DNA of 63,428 nucleotides, counting the filler, from Octopus bimaculoides (Eukaryota): the NCBI RefSeq assembly GCF_001194135.2. It is 4 parts of 4 records of this genome, joined end to end, with 100 filler letters (N's around TTAATTAATTAA, not from the genome) between each part and the next. Parts side by side here need not be neighbours in the genome. Positions count along the whole stretch, not along the records: positions 14,222 to 29,506 come from NC_068989.1; positions 29,607 to 43,580 come from NC_068987.1; 2 more parts are not named here. The stretch is one strand, 5' to 3'. Position 1 is the stretch's first letter. Each line of letters opens with the position of its first letter. Shown here one piece after another: positions 25,306 to 38,955 of this stretch. The notes beneath the pieces are model-generated. The model saw only the letters and a program-made list of their open reading frames with translations. It searched no databases and had not been told where the DNA came from. The position numbers were made by a program, and so were the translations under genes.

Positions 25306-26277
25306 AATGATTAAGTTTAGCTTAGTGTAATACTTTCAGTTTTTCAATATCAAAATAACTTTTCCTACCAGTACTTTCAAAGGAAAATTATACTTGAAAA
25401 TTAAAAGTGAAAAATTAAATTAAAATTGAAAATCTTTGTTATATTTCCTTCTCTATACCATAAAGCTTGTGGGAGTTGCACTAGAGTTTGTGTCAATTTC
25501 TGTGTTGTTAAATGGTTGAAGGATATTTCTCCCATTAGATAAGATGTATATCTATTGGGGTATGGATACAAAACACAGAAAAATGACATAACACAGACTT
25601 TCTATAATGTACCAGCATGGAAAGAAAAGATTAGACAAAACAATTATGATGATTATTTTGTTTACAAGTAATTTAAACTATATCCAGCCACAGCAGTTTG
25701 GTACATCTTGGTATTATTTTTAGTGAGGTTCACTACTGTACAGAATTTTTTCAATAGAAGAAAAGCTCCATGATTTTGGATTAATTTCATAACCACATGT
25801 AAGAAGGAATATGTAACCCTTTTGTTCAATGCAAGCTTTAAAGCAGTTGTTTCCTTACAATGTTGGCTCAGACATTTTAGTTTTACTCAGCTTTCATTGT
25901 TTCCAGGTTTTCAATGTATGATGGGATCTTCATATTTGAGTGGGGATGTGAATGCTTTCATCATAGTCACAACTCATTGATAGACTATGATATTTGTCTT
26001 ATGATGGCAGTAATAGTTTGAACACTTATCAAAATGGAAGAAGAAAGGAAGAAATGATGATAATAATAATGATGATGTTGATAATGATAGCATTGGTTAT
26101 GATATTGTAAGTAATATAAATTTCATGGTTAAACTCTATTGTTAAAAAATATGCTATACAACCATATGTATTTTGGGTTCAATTCCACAGTGTGAACCTT
26201 GGGCCCTTCAGCTATTGCCTTGGGTTGATCAATGCTTTGTGAGTGGATTTGGTAGACAGAAACTATATAGAAGCTTG

Positions 26278-26360
<83 letters not shown>

Positions 26361-27662
26361 TGTGTGTGTATGTGTGTGTGTGTGTATGTGTGTGTGTGCA
26401 TGCATGTGTGTATGTGTGTATTCTTATCTGCATTTATGTTTACACTGTTCTAAAATCTGATGGTAATATTTAAGTTATATTTCTTTCTACTCTGAAACTT
26501 AGAAGTTTGAGTAAAATAGATGATAAATTATATACTACAGTACAAAAGCTCTGAGTTGATATGATCAACAAAAGCCATTGAAGGTAGTGTTGTGGCATGA
26601 TTACATTCCAATCACCAAAGCCACTAAAAGAATAAAAGTATATAAGAAGAACTCACGATTATTTATTGTCATGTCAAGATAAGTTGGTAGACATGAGCTG
26701 TTAATATCAAGTCGCTGTAAATCTAATTCAATGTAGGTAGATTCATCTGCCTGAAGAGTGAAATAGCAATAATCTGACAATCTGAAATATTAAAGATATT
26801 CAGTTATATCATATTTTTATAAGAAATTCTACAGAAGTTGACTGACTTTTATTTTCAGAGCTAAGCAAGCACTATTAATATACTTGGGTTGATTTAGTTG
26901 ACAATAATTCACATTTTACAATGTTCTTTCATATGATTAATGAAAGGAAATCAATATTTATTTAGCTAATAAAAATTTTGTAGAGTTAACTGATTTAACA
27001 TTTTCAAATCAGACAGTTTGTTATTTTCCAGTTAGATGGGTTGATATTTTCTAATCAGAAAGCTTGAAATTCTCCAGTTAGATAGCTTGATGTTAATCTT
27101 ATGCTCTGAATTATTTGCAAGCAGAGTAAAGCAATGTATTTTCCTTTCCTTTGCTTACAGAAACACTTCTATCTATTCTAACATGGATGTAAATCATTAA
27201 ACAAAATATTAAAATGAAATGAAAAATGACTGAAGTACAAATTGTTTACTTACTTGTGATTAGTTGCACTAACTGTTGATATCATAAACTGATCCTTAAT
27301 TCCAGGATGTTTGTACACTTTATTTTCTAGACAGCCTGCTTTTGCTAGAAATAAATTGAGAATATCAATCTTGTAACATTAAAATAATTATATCTTGACA
27401 GTCTTTAGTTAAAGAAAGTCATTATAAGTATATATAATTTATAAATTTGTAACACACACACACACACACACACACACATGCACACATGCAGACTTTCGTT
27501 CCTCTTTATATCCATTTTTCTATGTTAACATGGATGAGACAAATACTTATTATTGCTACATTGTTTCACAACTGAAATCTCCAAGTTTAAGTAAGTAGGT
27601 CCAGTCACACTATCTTTAAAACAGAATGGCCCAATTGATCTTTTTGATAATAAACTGCAGCA

Positions 27663-28320
27663 TACAGTATGTCCTGGTAAATTAACAGATGTTCTCTATA
27701 ATATGAGGATTCTCAGGTTTGAGTAGTACAACTGTGGCAATTAATTGAGCTATTTAATTTATATGTGGCCTCATCACTCCAAACAACCTTTGCTGGAAAG
27801 TGTGTATCTTCTATGCATCTTACTAAGTACCACTCACAAAACTCCATTCTTTGGTTGGACCGTTTTCATTTAAGAGCAAGGATTATTCTTGGAACGGAAC
27901 TTTTCTAATGACAGCATTTTGAAATATGACGGATACTTGATTTTGAAATTCCTGTCTCATGACTTGCTTGCAGTACAGATTTTCTTGAATGTTGGCAATA
28001 CATTCCTAGTACCCTTTTTTGCATTGTGGGGCTTGTCAATGACTGATTTTCCAGAATGTTTCTTGTGGGCATTTTGTACAGTTGCATTTGCTTCAAGCTT
28101 ATCTCTAATTCAAGTGATGGTAAGTCATGTAGGTGGATCTGTCTGAAACTCCCTTGCAAACTGTCTTTGCAGTTTGACTATTTCAAATTTCTCTTATCAC
28201 TTTAGGATAATTTCCTTTGTTCAAAGCTTTGTCTGACAACCTTTATTTCTAAAAATGAATGAAAATTAAGTGAGCTATCAGCTGTTAAAATATGTATAAA
28301 GTTTTTGGGGATACCTTGTA
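27663..28320 (-). mobile_element. Degenerate Tc1/mariner-superfamily transposon (N-terminal HTH plus first catalytic D)
   Basis: Minus-strand frames give RKSVLQASHETGISKSSIRHI and [10 protein letters not shown]...[18 protein letters not shown] at both ends with weak CAG(G/T)-T-TCC termini. Confidence 0.65.
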
Positions 28321-30028
28321 TATTACAAACAGAAAGAGATAATGGGGAAAATATTTACAAAAGTTACTAATGGTTTCAATCATTAAGACAATATAATCAT
28401 ATAATAAAAAAAAAGAAAGGATAAAATGAATTAAATTAAATTAAATTAATCTTTCCTGCTAGCATTATTGAAAGTTTCCATTTTTCTTACAAATTTACAT
28501 GTTAGTAATTGATGCCTCCATCTGACAGCTGTTAGCTTATAGTAGTAGTAGCATAGCAAACAGTATTAACTATAGTAGTGGTCTAGTGTTTCTTATAGGT
28601 ACTATTGATATTAATGAGTGGGTCATAATAGTGGGAGAAATCATATGGCAGTATTAATAGTTGCAGCAATGTAGTGGTAATAACAGTAGTTGTAGCTAAC
28701 ATTGCTCAATCTATAATTATTTAGTCAGGCTTTAAAGGGGTCCTTTGTTGCCCTGACATATTTTGTATGTACCTTGAGGGTGTCATCTTTGTCATTGCTG
28801 TTGCCAATGTCACTGTCACTACTGCCATTACTGTCATCATTTTCATGTCCCTTTTTCATGCTTACATAGGTCAAAATGATGGAACAGAGTTTTCTATGGT
28901 CATATGCTCTTCCTAGTGTCCTGGGTATGACATTAAAACTGCATTTGGTGGTGAGGTTCCAGTGTGAGAGTTCTGGAGTTGCGGGGTGCATGAAGTCATC
29001 CCTTAATTACCATTACTCCCAGCACCATTCTAACCTGGAATGGTAGTACCTGTCAGAGTTCCATCTATGGGTGAAATAGATCTTTATAAGGGTAGATTGA
29101 GCCCCTTAGTTCTGGTCAAAGCAGTCAACCTAGAGGAAGGAAAACTCCAAAATTAATACCTTCTTCCAATATGCCCTAAGCCAGCAAGGATGAGTATGGC
29201 TGTTGAAACTAACATGAGATATTTCATCATCATCATCACCATGAGGCTCCAATCTAAATTTGGCAGAGTTTCTACAGCTGGATGCCCTTCCTAACGCCAA
29301 CCACTCAGAGAGTGTAGTAGGTGCTTTTACATGTCACCTGCACGAAGGTCAGTCAGGCGATACTGGCAACGGCCACGCTCGAAATGGTGCATCTTATGTG
29401 CCAACAGCACAAGCCAGTCCAGGGGCACTGGCAACGATCTCGCTCGAAAATCCTACGGAAGCCAGTCAGGCGGTACTGGCAACGGCCACGCTCAAAATGG
29501 TGCATCNNNNNNNNNNNNNNNNNNNNNNNNNNNNNNNNNNNNNNNNNNNNTTAATTAATTAANNNNNNNNNNNNNNNNNNNNNNNNNNNNNNNNNNNNNN
29601 NNNNNNTTATTTGAATAAGGATTCGATTAATTTAGGGCATAAGGATTATAATTATTTAAGTTAAAAATACAAAATAAAACAAGACAACTATTGCTGTAAT
29701 AACAGTAACAATAAAGATACTTTTAGAGTCAAGCATTAAATAAAGTAAAAAACTTATGAGAATTTCCTATTCTTATAAGCTAGATAAGGTTAAGATACAT
29801 ATTGAGAAAACTAGCAGCAATAGCAGAAGTGGTGTGAAAAAAATCTTCTATGGAGTAAAGTTGAAATCATATTTATCACAAGTAGATTAAATGTTAAGGT
29901 GAGAGATCAGGAATATATGTTATAAAGGTTCAATTTCCAATTTAAAAATATGTGCTAATTGATAGTCCTAGATGACCATGGTAGAAGTTAAAGTGCTATA
30001 ATTTGATAACTTTAGCTACTTTATAAAA

Positions 30029-30210
30029 CTATTTTTTAAAAAATTTAAAAGTGCGAGTAGAGCAGTGTACACATGATACCATAAGGTCTAATCTATTATT
30101 GATTAGATTAGGATTATTTCTAAGTTTAAAAATTTCATATATATCCATAGAACATAATTTGCATCCATATCTATTATTTCTATAAGGTTGAGCTTTTCTT
30201 ATAATTTCCA
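30029..30210 (-). mobile_element. Inverted copy of the PLE ORF 3' end
   Basis: EIIRKAQPYRNNRYGCKLCSMDIYEIFKLRNNPNLINNRLDLMVSCVHCSTRTFKFFKK*. 30078-30210 is about 97% identical to the reverse complement of 30697-30828. Confidence 0.88.
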
Positions 30211-30213
30211 ATG

Positions 30214-30828
30214 GAAATAATAGGGATCAAGGACCTAGTTCATATAATATCAATATGCCTAATGTTGAAGGAATAAGTCTAACTGATAGCACATCACATC
30301 AAGAAACGAGTTAAATAATGATGGTAATAATCAATATATACCTAATAGTAGAATTGAGGAATTGATAAATGATATTAGTGTAAATAATTGTAGTAATAAT
30401 AATAATAGAGATATTAGAAATAATATAGGTGGGGTTGATAACCCCACCATGTGCAACTGTAGAAAAAAGTCCCATTGTCCTTTATTTGGATTTTGTTGCA
30501 CCCGTAACGTAGTGTACAGATGCATCATTAGTACAATAACCGAGAATTATATTTATATAGGATGTAGTATTAACATGAAACAGAGAATATATAACGATAG
30601 GTCTTCGTTTAGACTTAGACATAAAGCAAATAGTACGACATTGGCAAGTAAAATTTGGGAGTTAAAAGATAATGGTATTAATTTTAGCCTTAAATGGGAA
30701 ATTATAAGAAAAGCTCAACCTTATAGAAATAATAGATATGGATGCGAATTATGTTCTATGGAAATATATGAAATTTTTAAACTTAGAAATAATCCTAATC
30801 TAATCAATAATAGATTAGACCTTACGGT
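30214..30828 (+). mobile_element. Penelope-like element fragment: N-rich linker plus GIY-YIG endonuclease
   Basis: CNCRKKSHCPLFGFCCTRNVVYRC...YIYIGCS...RIYNDRSSFR...TLASKIWELK...WEIIRKAQPY...CELC: the CCHH/GIY-YIG signature of PLEs. Confidence 0.88.
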
Positions 30829-30874
30829 TGGGAAATAACAATTTTTCCAAAGTTATTTCACTTAGCTTCCACAA

Positions 30875-30921
<47 letters not shown>

Positions 30922-31603
30922 TATACAAGCACAACCAGTGTTATTCATTTCCAATGTTCTATGGAAACACATGTGACCAGGAGGAAATATCTTGCTTTGA
31001 AACAGGTAAGATTTGGCAACAAGAAGGCCATCAATCTGTAGAAAAGCTGCCTCAACAAATTCCAACTGGTCTCATGCAAGCATGGGAAAGTGACCATTAA
31101 AATGATGATGACAATGATTATAATGCCTATAACAATGACAAAGATGAAAATGAGGATAACTATGATTTAGTTCAATTTTCTACTTTATTGTTTCAGTTAC
31201 TCTACCACCATTTTTTAAATGATTGATACATGATAAGAACATTCTATTCCCTGGGCACCAACTCAACACCATTCCCACCATTACTGACTCCAATATCCAC
31301 ACTTAACTCTGTGTAACCAATGTAAATACAACTCATAGCTAAATTACAAAACTGAGTATGGTGTTAGAAATATGGTTTTGTGTCAACAAATATTTGGCAT
31401 AAGTCCTAATATTGATTTTTTGTAAGGACAAAAAGTCCTTCAATATATAAATACATTGGATAAAATGAGATTGCATAGCATTCTTGCCTTTCCTTGAGAC
31501 ATAAATAATAAGTACAGTGACTAAAACAAGATATTTCTAGTATTTAATAGTAAGATAAAAGATCCATGTGTGTGCGTGCACGCGCACATGCATGCATATG
31601 TAT

Positions 31604-32517
31604 TAATGCAGTTTGGTTTTGTGCCAGGGAGAAGCAGTACTGTTGCTGTCTTCTTTGTAAGACAACTGCTTTCAGCCAAAAATAAACTGCTGTATTTGAC
31701 ATTTGTCAACATAGAGAAAGGCTTTGATAGGATCCCATGCTTCCTCATCTAGTGTTCCATGTGGAAACTAGGGGTAGATGAGTAGTTGAGGAGAGCCATT
31801 CAAGCCATGTACAGGGATGCTGTCAGTAGGATGAAAGTCAACTATGTGTATAGCAGCAAATTTAGTGAGCAGATAGGAATTTACCAAGGAGCGCTTCTTG
31901 GTCCTCTCTTGTTTATCACAATCCTCCAGGCCATAACAGAGGAATTCAAAAGTGGTTGTCCATGGGAGCACCTGTTTGCCAATGACCTTGTTCTAATAGC
32001 TGAATCTCTAGTAGAATTAGTGAAGAAATTTCAGGTGTGGAAGTAAGGACTGGAATCAAAGGGTCTTAGAGTTGATTTAGCAAAGATCAAAGTATTAGTA
32101 AGCAGAAAAGCAAACAAATTAATAATACCTTCAAGGAAATGACCCTACTCAATATGTAGTGTGGGTAGAAATTCCATACAGTTTACCCAGTGCAAAGGAT
32201 GGATATATAAGAGGTGTAATGAAATAACAGGAAGATTTATAGAGAAAGTTGTCTTTGTGTCTGGAAGATGTAAAAAAAAAATAAGGCCTAAGAACACACA
32301 GGAAACAGATTTCTTCCAATGCCCAGGGTGACCCTTAGAGGTATAGACAGTTTCTGTTACATAGGTGACCAAATTAGCAGTGAAGTAGGATGCTCTGAGA
32401 GTGTAGTTGCTGGACTAAGAACTGGCTGGGCAAAGTTCAGAGAGCTATTACCTCTGTTGGTACCAAAGAGCTTCTACCTCAGAGTGAAAGGCAGGTTGTA
32501 TGATGCCTGTACATGAA
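31604..32517 (+). mobile_element. Decayed RTE LINE reverse transcriptase fragment
   Basis: QFGFVPGRSST, YQGALLGPLLFI, FANDLVL, DSFCYIGDQI. Paralogous to 17.0-17.9 kb with many stops. Confidence 0.88.
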
Positions 32518-32651
32518 TAGTTATGATATTATGCTCTATATTCACCTGAAGATTTATTATTTTAGTATTGCTGTGCCTCAGTGAAATCATTAACACACAT
32601 ACACACACGCACACACACTCACACACATATATTGTATAGTATATACATATA

Positions 32652-34620
32652 CAGGAAACCCTCACTTTATGGAAGTAATGTAAAATTGATTTTCCTATTG
32701 ATTTTCATATTATCAAGTGAGATTGTGTTCCTATGGACTTTTATGAAAACAAAAAAAGAAGCACAAGAAAACAAAGCAACACAATCACCTTTATACATAA
32801 AGATACTTTTTCCTGAACATACACAGTGTTACATAGATACATAAAAACAAAAAAAAATATTTAAAGAGGAATGAGTAAGGGAGTTAATAAGACTTGTAAT
32901 ATCGTAAGAGTATGTTCTTACCACAAAAGATGTTAACAACAGTGTGAGGGGAGGGAATGAGCATTACTTGAAGGATGAGGAACAACATTTACTATCTCAT
33001 CATAGTTCATTATCAACATCAGCTTGAGTGGGTGAAGAACTTATGCAAACTTTTATGTTGTTTCTGACACATCATCTCTTTGTACAGCACTGTACAGGAA
33101 CTGAGCTCACTGTAAACTCCTTTTGTAATTTTTGTGTTACATTCATGATTAGAATCATTATCAACAAAAACCTGCAGACCTTTCTCTATAAGCACCAACC
33201 TTTTAAGAAAAATTTTTATAGTCAATTTAAGTGGTGTAGGTGAAACTTGCATTGTCCTCTATGTATTCTCAGTTTTTTCTTTTTCTTACAGCATCAACTC
33301 CCCCAAGATAAACTTTCTCACAGGAACACTAACAACTCATTCACATCATCCACAGTGACTTCTTCAAATCCTACATCGTTTGCAAGGGTCACAATATCTT
33401 TCTGAATCTGATGTAGACTTTCTGCTTGAGGAAAATTTGTAATATCACAGACAGCCTGGCCATATACTTTTCCAAGCACTATTCAAAGTTAAATGTTTCA
33501 CTTCATCCCATGACTCAGCTATATTATCCAATGGATCCATTATATTGAATTTCTTCCAGAAATCTCTATCTGCCTTGTCAATTGCTTCGATATGTTGTTT
33601 GAAAGTTCTCATGTAATATGCCTTGAAGTTAGCTGTCACGTTGTCATCCATTGGTTGGAGCAAAAAAATTGTATTCTTCGAGATATATTTAATTCTCACA
33701 ATATCAGAAAGGTCATCTAAGTTCATTGGGTGGCTTGGTGCATTATCTCAAAGAAGCAATACTTTTTTGTAAATATTATGTCTAGCACTGTACCTTTCTA
33801 TGACAGGGCAAAAAAGTATTTGTAAACTACTCTTTGAAAAGGCTCTAAGTCATCTATGCCTTCTTATTTGAAGGCCAAATCAAAGGTAGACTAAACTTTG
33901 TGTAACCCTTGAAAGCTCTTAAATTTTTGGATTGATACACATGTAGGGGCTTTAATTTTGTATCAAGAGTGGTAATTCCTCCGAAAAGAAGTGTCTGACA
34001 GATTTTGGAAGCTTTAAATCCTGGATTTAATTTTTCTTCTCAAGAAATAAAATTTCTGGCAGGCATGCTAGAAAAATGCAGTTTCATCAACATTGTATGC
34101 TTGCTCCAGCATTCATTTTCTTCAACTGTTCAGGATAATTAGTAGCAGTCTCTGTATCACCAGTCATTTTTATGTTGTGAAATTTGTGCACTTCTTAAAC
34201 CTTTCAAATCACACTTTACCAGCCGAAAAGGTTTTTTTTATAAGAAGTTTCACCTTTTCTTTTTTGAAAATCATCATATAAACTTTTGGCTCTTGAATTA
34301 CCATTGTATTTCTCAGCACATTATACCAATTCTGATCCTCGATCCATACACTTGAGAGTCATTGGTCCAAACAGTTAATAGAATAACTTCTTGAGCACTT
34401 AACATACCTTTTTCCCTGTTCTCATGCATTGTTTCACAGCAGATGTTGCAAGATTTACTGTTTTGGCAATATAACTTAGTTTTGCTTCTACATCAAGTTT
34501 TTTTGAAACATCAAATTTAATGTCCAGTGTAATCCCTCAATGGTTCCTTTTTGCACTACCTTTAGATCTATTTAGTAGCTTCTTTTCAGACATCTTAAAT
34601 TGAAGGCAAATCCAACAGCC
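32652..34620 (-). mobile_element. Decayed Tigger/pogo DNA transposon
   Basis: LLQPMDDNVTANFKAYY...DFWKKFNIMD..DNIAESWDEV DDE_1-type motifs. TA|CAGGAAACCCTCACTTTA terminal-repeat-like end at 32650. The far end is not identified. Confidence 0.8.
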
Positions 34621-36810
34621 GCAGCAGTTAATTATTTACAACAAATATATAGTAAAAAAAAAAACATTGGTCCAGGAAAAATCTGTTTTGTGAGAGCAGA
34701 AAATTGTCTGATTCTTATTGATGCAACAGTGAAAATGAGACGAAAATGTGAATGACTGAGGAAGAGGAAGTACTATATGATTACAGTTAGCTGATAGATC
34801 ACCAGAGTTTACAAAACATTCATCCTTTGCACTTATGACTTATGACTTATGACATAAACACACACACACACACACACGTGTTGGCATATATTTAGTGGGT
34901 TGATAGTGGTAATGATGCCGGTTGCATTGGTTTAGATATTAGTGATTGTGGGCAGGTATTATTATTGGTGGTCATGTTATTCTTGGAAATTGTATTGGTG
35001 TGGCTGTTTAGTCTCAAGTCAATCCTCATAGACCTAAGATCAAAGGCATTTAATTCAACTTTTGAAATACACTACAATAGCACATTATATCATTGTCTTT
35101 TTTAAAATGGATTAGCTTATCTACTTCATCTATATATATATATATAAAACAAAGGATGTGTGTGTGTGTGTGTGTGTGTAGTATGTATGCATTCTACAGT
35201 TTTCAACCAATTTTCACCAAACTTTACACACACATTAATTATATGCCAAGGATGGTCATGTACTATAACATTTTGCCCAGAGCTCCTGCGTAATGTGAGA
35301 AACTGACAAGGAAAAAATGTTTCACATGGGTTTTTCTCTAAAAACTGCAGTTTTCAACCAATTCCCTCTCTTTGACTCCTACAGTTTTCGAGTGATTCTC
35401 TTCCTTTTCTTTCTCTATTTATCTCTTCTCTTTCTTTTTCTCACTATAATACTCCTTCTCTTTAAGTCTATGTCTGTTTTTCTCACTCTCTGAAAATTGA
35501 CTTCAGTGTATTTCAATTTTGGTGTGTGTAAATATCTTTGTCTTCATGCTATTTGTACCCTCTCCCTACAACATTACTTTACTTATTTAAAAATTTTTGC
35601 ACTCCGTCTATTTTAAATACACTCTTTACATTCCATCCTCTATTGAAAACCGTTGTGATACAGCTGATAAGCCTTCATTACTAACCAATTAGAATTCAAC
35701 CACACCACTGAGTGTTCATGCATGGCTCAAGTTTTTTCACTCAAGTTATTTTCTTCTACAGCTTTTTACGCTGAAGTGGGGTTTGTAATTTCTTTCTACC
35801 AATTGATTTCCTTGTGTGATATAATATTGTTTCACTTTTATTCTTTCAGTTTTAATTCTAATGTGATAAAACTATAATAGTTTCACTTTTATTCATTCAC
35901 TTTTGTGTGTGTGTTTGTGTGTTCGATACATACGAGATAGATATATGAGTGTGTATGTGTCTCTGAGTGTATGTGTGTGGGTGTATGAATGTATATGTCT
36001 GTGTGTGTGTGTTTCTACATTAGGTACGTTATTAAACACACACACACACATCTACACATACATGTACACATGTGATGACTTACTTTCATGAATGTATGTC
36101 TGCATGTGTTTCTCTTACTATATGTATGTGACTGTATGTGAGAGTGTATGTGTGCGTATTGTTAAATATTATATATGAACATGTAAGTGTCTGTGAGTGT
36201 GTGTGTGTTTGTGTGCTTGTTATGTACGTTATTAAACATACACATACATCTACACATACATGTACATATGTGACAAGAATAGCTGAAAGTGAAACTCTTG
36301 ACAAAAAACAATTATGTGGAAGGTCCATCTTCTATAAAAATACACAACTACCGTTCAATTCACAATTCATAATTATCGCAGAAGTTGCAAGGTTGCAAGG
36401 TATTCAGTTTGTTCATATTTGGTTAATTTACCCTGCATACAAAAATATAGACATACAACATACAAAATAGAATACAGCTTACAAAAATAGAGATTAATGT
36501 ATATTTTTTCTATGTTCATAATTTTTTGTTTAAAATATTGAAAAAATTATATAAGAGATAAAAATTTTTTATCTGAAAAAATGACTTTCCAGGCAAAAAT
36601 TTCAAAATTTCATGGTCGATGAGGTTCGCCTTGCAGTTGTTCGATTGAGCTAAAATTTTGCATAGAATGTTTTTTTTTTTTTTGTTAATTGGAACAAGAT
36701 AGGGGCGAGGAGCTAAACTTTTAGAAAGTTGAAAAATAAGGGCCACTCTAATATACACATATACTCAAATTGCATACATTATATATGTGTGTGTGTGCGT
36801 GTGCATGCAC

Positions 36811-36871
<61 letters not shown>

Positions 36872-36891
36872 TACACACACACACACACACA

Positions 36892-37405
36892 CACTCATGA
36901 CAGAAGTAAATAGACGACCTTATAATCATTAAAATTTATTTAAATCTGAAATTATACATTCAAATTATTTATTAATCATTATAATGTGAATATTTAATAT
37001 TTAGTAGACATGCCCTTTGCATTTTTCAATGCAAGGGTCCTATGAGGTTACTTATCAGATGATGAATATTCTCTTGAGGGATTTCTTGCCAAGTTTCATG
37101 CAGTAATCTCAATAGATCTGGCTTTGAGGATTCTTTCTCGCTCTTTTTACAAAGTGTCTTGTCCATTGTGCCCCACTCGCCAGATATGAACCCATGGTTC
37201 ATATCTGGCGAGTGGTTTGGCCAAGGAAGTTTTTTAATGCCATTCTTTTCCAACCAATCTTGGGTCTTTTTAGCTGAGTGACAAGGAGCCCCATCTTCCA
37301 TAAAGAGTCTTCTTTAATCATTTTGCCATTGGAGATTGGAAGGAGTCCTTTCTGCAATATGGACACATATTTATCTGAGTTTATGTCTCCATCACACTCC
37401 ACCAG
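36892..37405 (-). mobile_element. Tc1-type transposase C-terminal fragment
   Basis: INSDKYVSILQKGLLP / EDGAPCHSAKKTQDWL...WPNHSPDMN...LHETWQEIP, DDE_3-type motifs. Confidence 0.85.
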
Positions 37406-37409
37406 CTCT

Positions 37410-38131
37410 GATTGATCTTCTTTCCCTTTTTCTGGTGAGGATGTAGTCGATTTGGCTAGTGTATCTGCCGGAACGGTAGGTGACTAGGTGACAGGCAGGT
37501 TTCTGAAGTTGGTATTGCAAACCATAAGATCATTTGCATCACAGAACTCCAGCAGTCTGGTTCCCTCCTCATTGCGGGAACCAAAGCCATAGCCTCCATA
37601 TACGCCATGGAAGCCCCCTGCATGTTGTCCAACATGTCCATTGAAATCACCAGCCACAAAGAGAAGGTCCTTGTCATTTGTCAATGAGGTAGTCTGCAAA
37701 AGAGTGTCATAAAATTGGTCTTTCTGCTCATCCAGTAACCCTGATTGAGGGGCATAGGCCAAGATGACGGTAGCTAACCTATGGTGAAGCACTAATCTAA
37801 TCTTAAGTACTCTGTCACATACTCTGACTACCTCGATTACTTTATCAACCCATTTCTCCGCAAGAAGTATTCCCACGCCCCCGACCCCGTCAGTGTTCCC
37901 TGCCCAGAAAATGTTGTACCTGTGTTCTTTGCCTGTGAGGAACTTAGCGGAACCTCTTCTCCACCTTACTTCTTGGATGTAGCACAGATTTACGCGTCTC
38001 CGTTCAAGCATCTCAACAATCTCACCAGACCTACCTTTCAGTGTGCCGACGTTGAGAGTGCCAATTCTGAGGGTGTGGGAGGTGTGGGCCTGTGAGACCC
38101 TGGGATGAGGGACAGCAGTGTCATGTACCCA
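37410..38131 (-). mobile_element. RTE LINE APE endonuclease fragment
   Basis: LRIGTLNVGTL...IQEVRW...GVGGVGIL...AYAPQ...FVAGDFNGHVG...IDYILTRK. Confidence 0.9.
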
Positions 38132-38288
38132 CAAGTCTTGTTAATTACAGCTACCCAGGATTTCGTGGGTGAAACATTTATTTTGCCATTTTTCAAGCTG
38201 AGAATAAATCAGTTGTTCTTGGCTTGAAAAATGGTGAAATAAACGTTTCAACCATGAAACCCTGGGTAACTGTAATTAACAAAACTTG
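38132..38288. repeat. Imperfect fold-back (MITE-like), 67-bp arms, 23-bp spacer
   Basis: 38132-38198 versus 38222-38288, about 8-9 mismatches, mostly transitions. Confidence 0.88.
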
Positions 38289-38329
38289 CAGTCTGCATTA
38301 TAACAGTATCTTTACTCTCATATAAATAT

Positions 38330-38650
38330 ATAGGTACAGCTGTGTGGTAAGAAGTTTGCTTCCCAACCACATGGTCCAAGGGTCAGTCCCACTGCATGGC
38401 ACCTGGAGCAAGTGTCTATCATAGCTTTGGGTCAATCAATGCCTTGTGAGTGGATTTGATAGATGGAAACTGAAAGAAGCCCATCATATATATATATAAT
38501 TATATGTGTCAGACATGTATAATGTATAAGACATGTAGCTCTACAGCAAGACACCTCTCCTTATTCCTCTGACTGGATTAGTTTGACTAAAATTCCTCAA
38601 GGTTGTGCCCCAGCATGGCTACAGTCAAATGACTGAAACAAGTAAAAGAA
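38330..38650 (+). mobile_element. SINE family A copy (internally deleted)
   Basis: Same head, body and tail motifs as the other family A copies. Confidence 0.75.
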
Positions 38651-38754
38651 TAAAAGAATTTATATATTCATAAAATGAGGATAAAAATCTCATTAATGAT
38701 AATTATGAGGTAGTCAGCATGGAGATAAGCAATTTATATATTCTTTTCTACTCT

Positions 38755-38955
38755 AGGCACAAGGCCCAAAATTTTGGGGTAGAGGGCCAGTCCATTAGAT
38801 CGACCCCAGTATGCAACTGGTACTTAATTTATCAATCCGAAAAGGATGAAAGGCAAAGTTGACCTCGGTGGAATTTGAACTCACATTGTAAAGACAGATG
38901 AAATACCACTAAGCATTTTGCCCGGCGTACTAACGATTGTGCCAGCTCACCGCCT
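38755..38955 (-). mobile_element. SINE family B copy
   Basis: Reverse complement of the 7826-8058 head and body. Confidence 0.8.
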
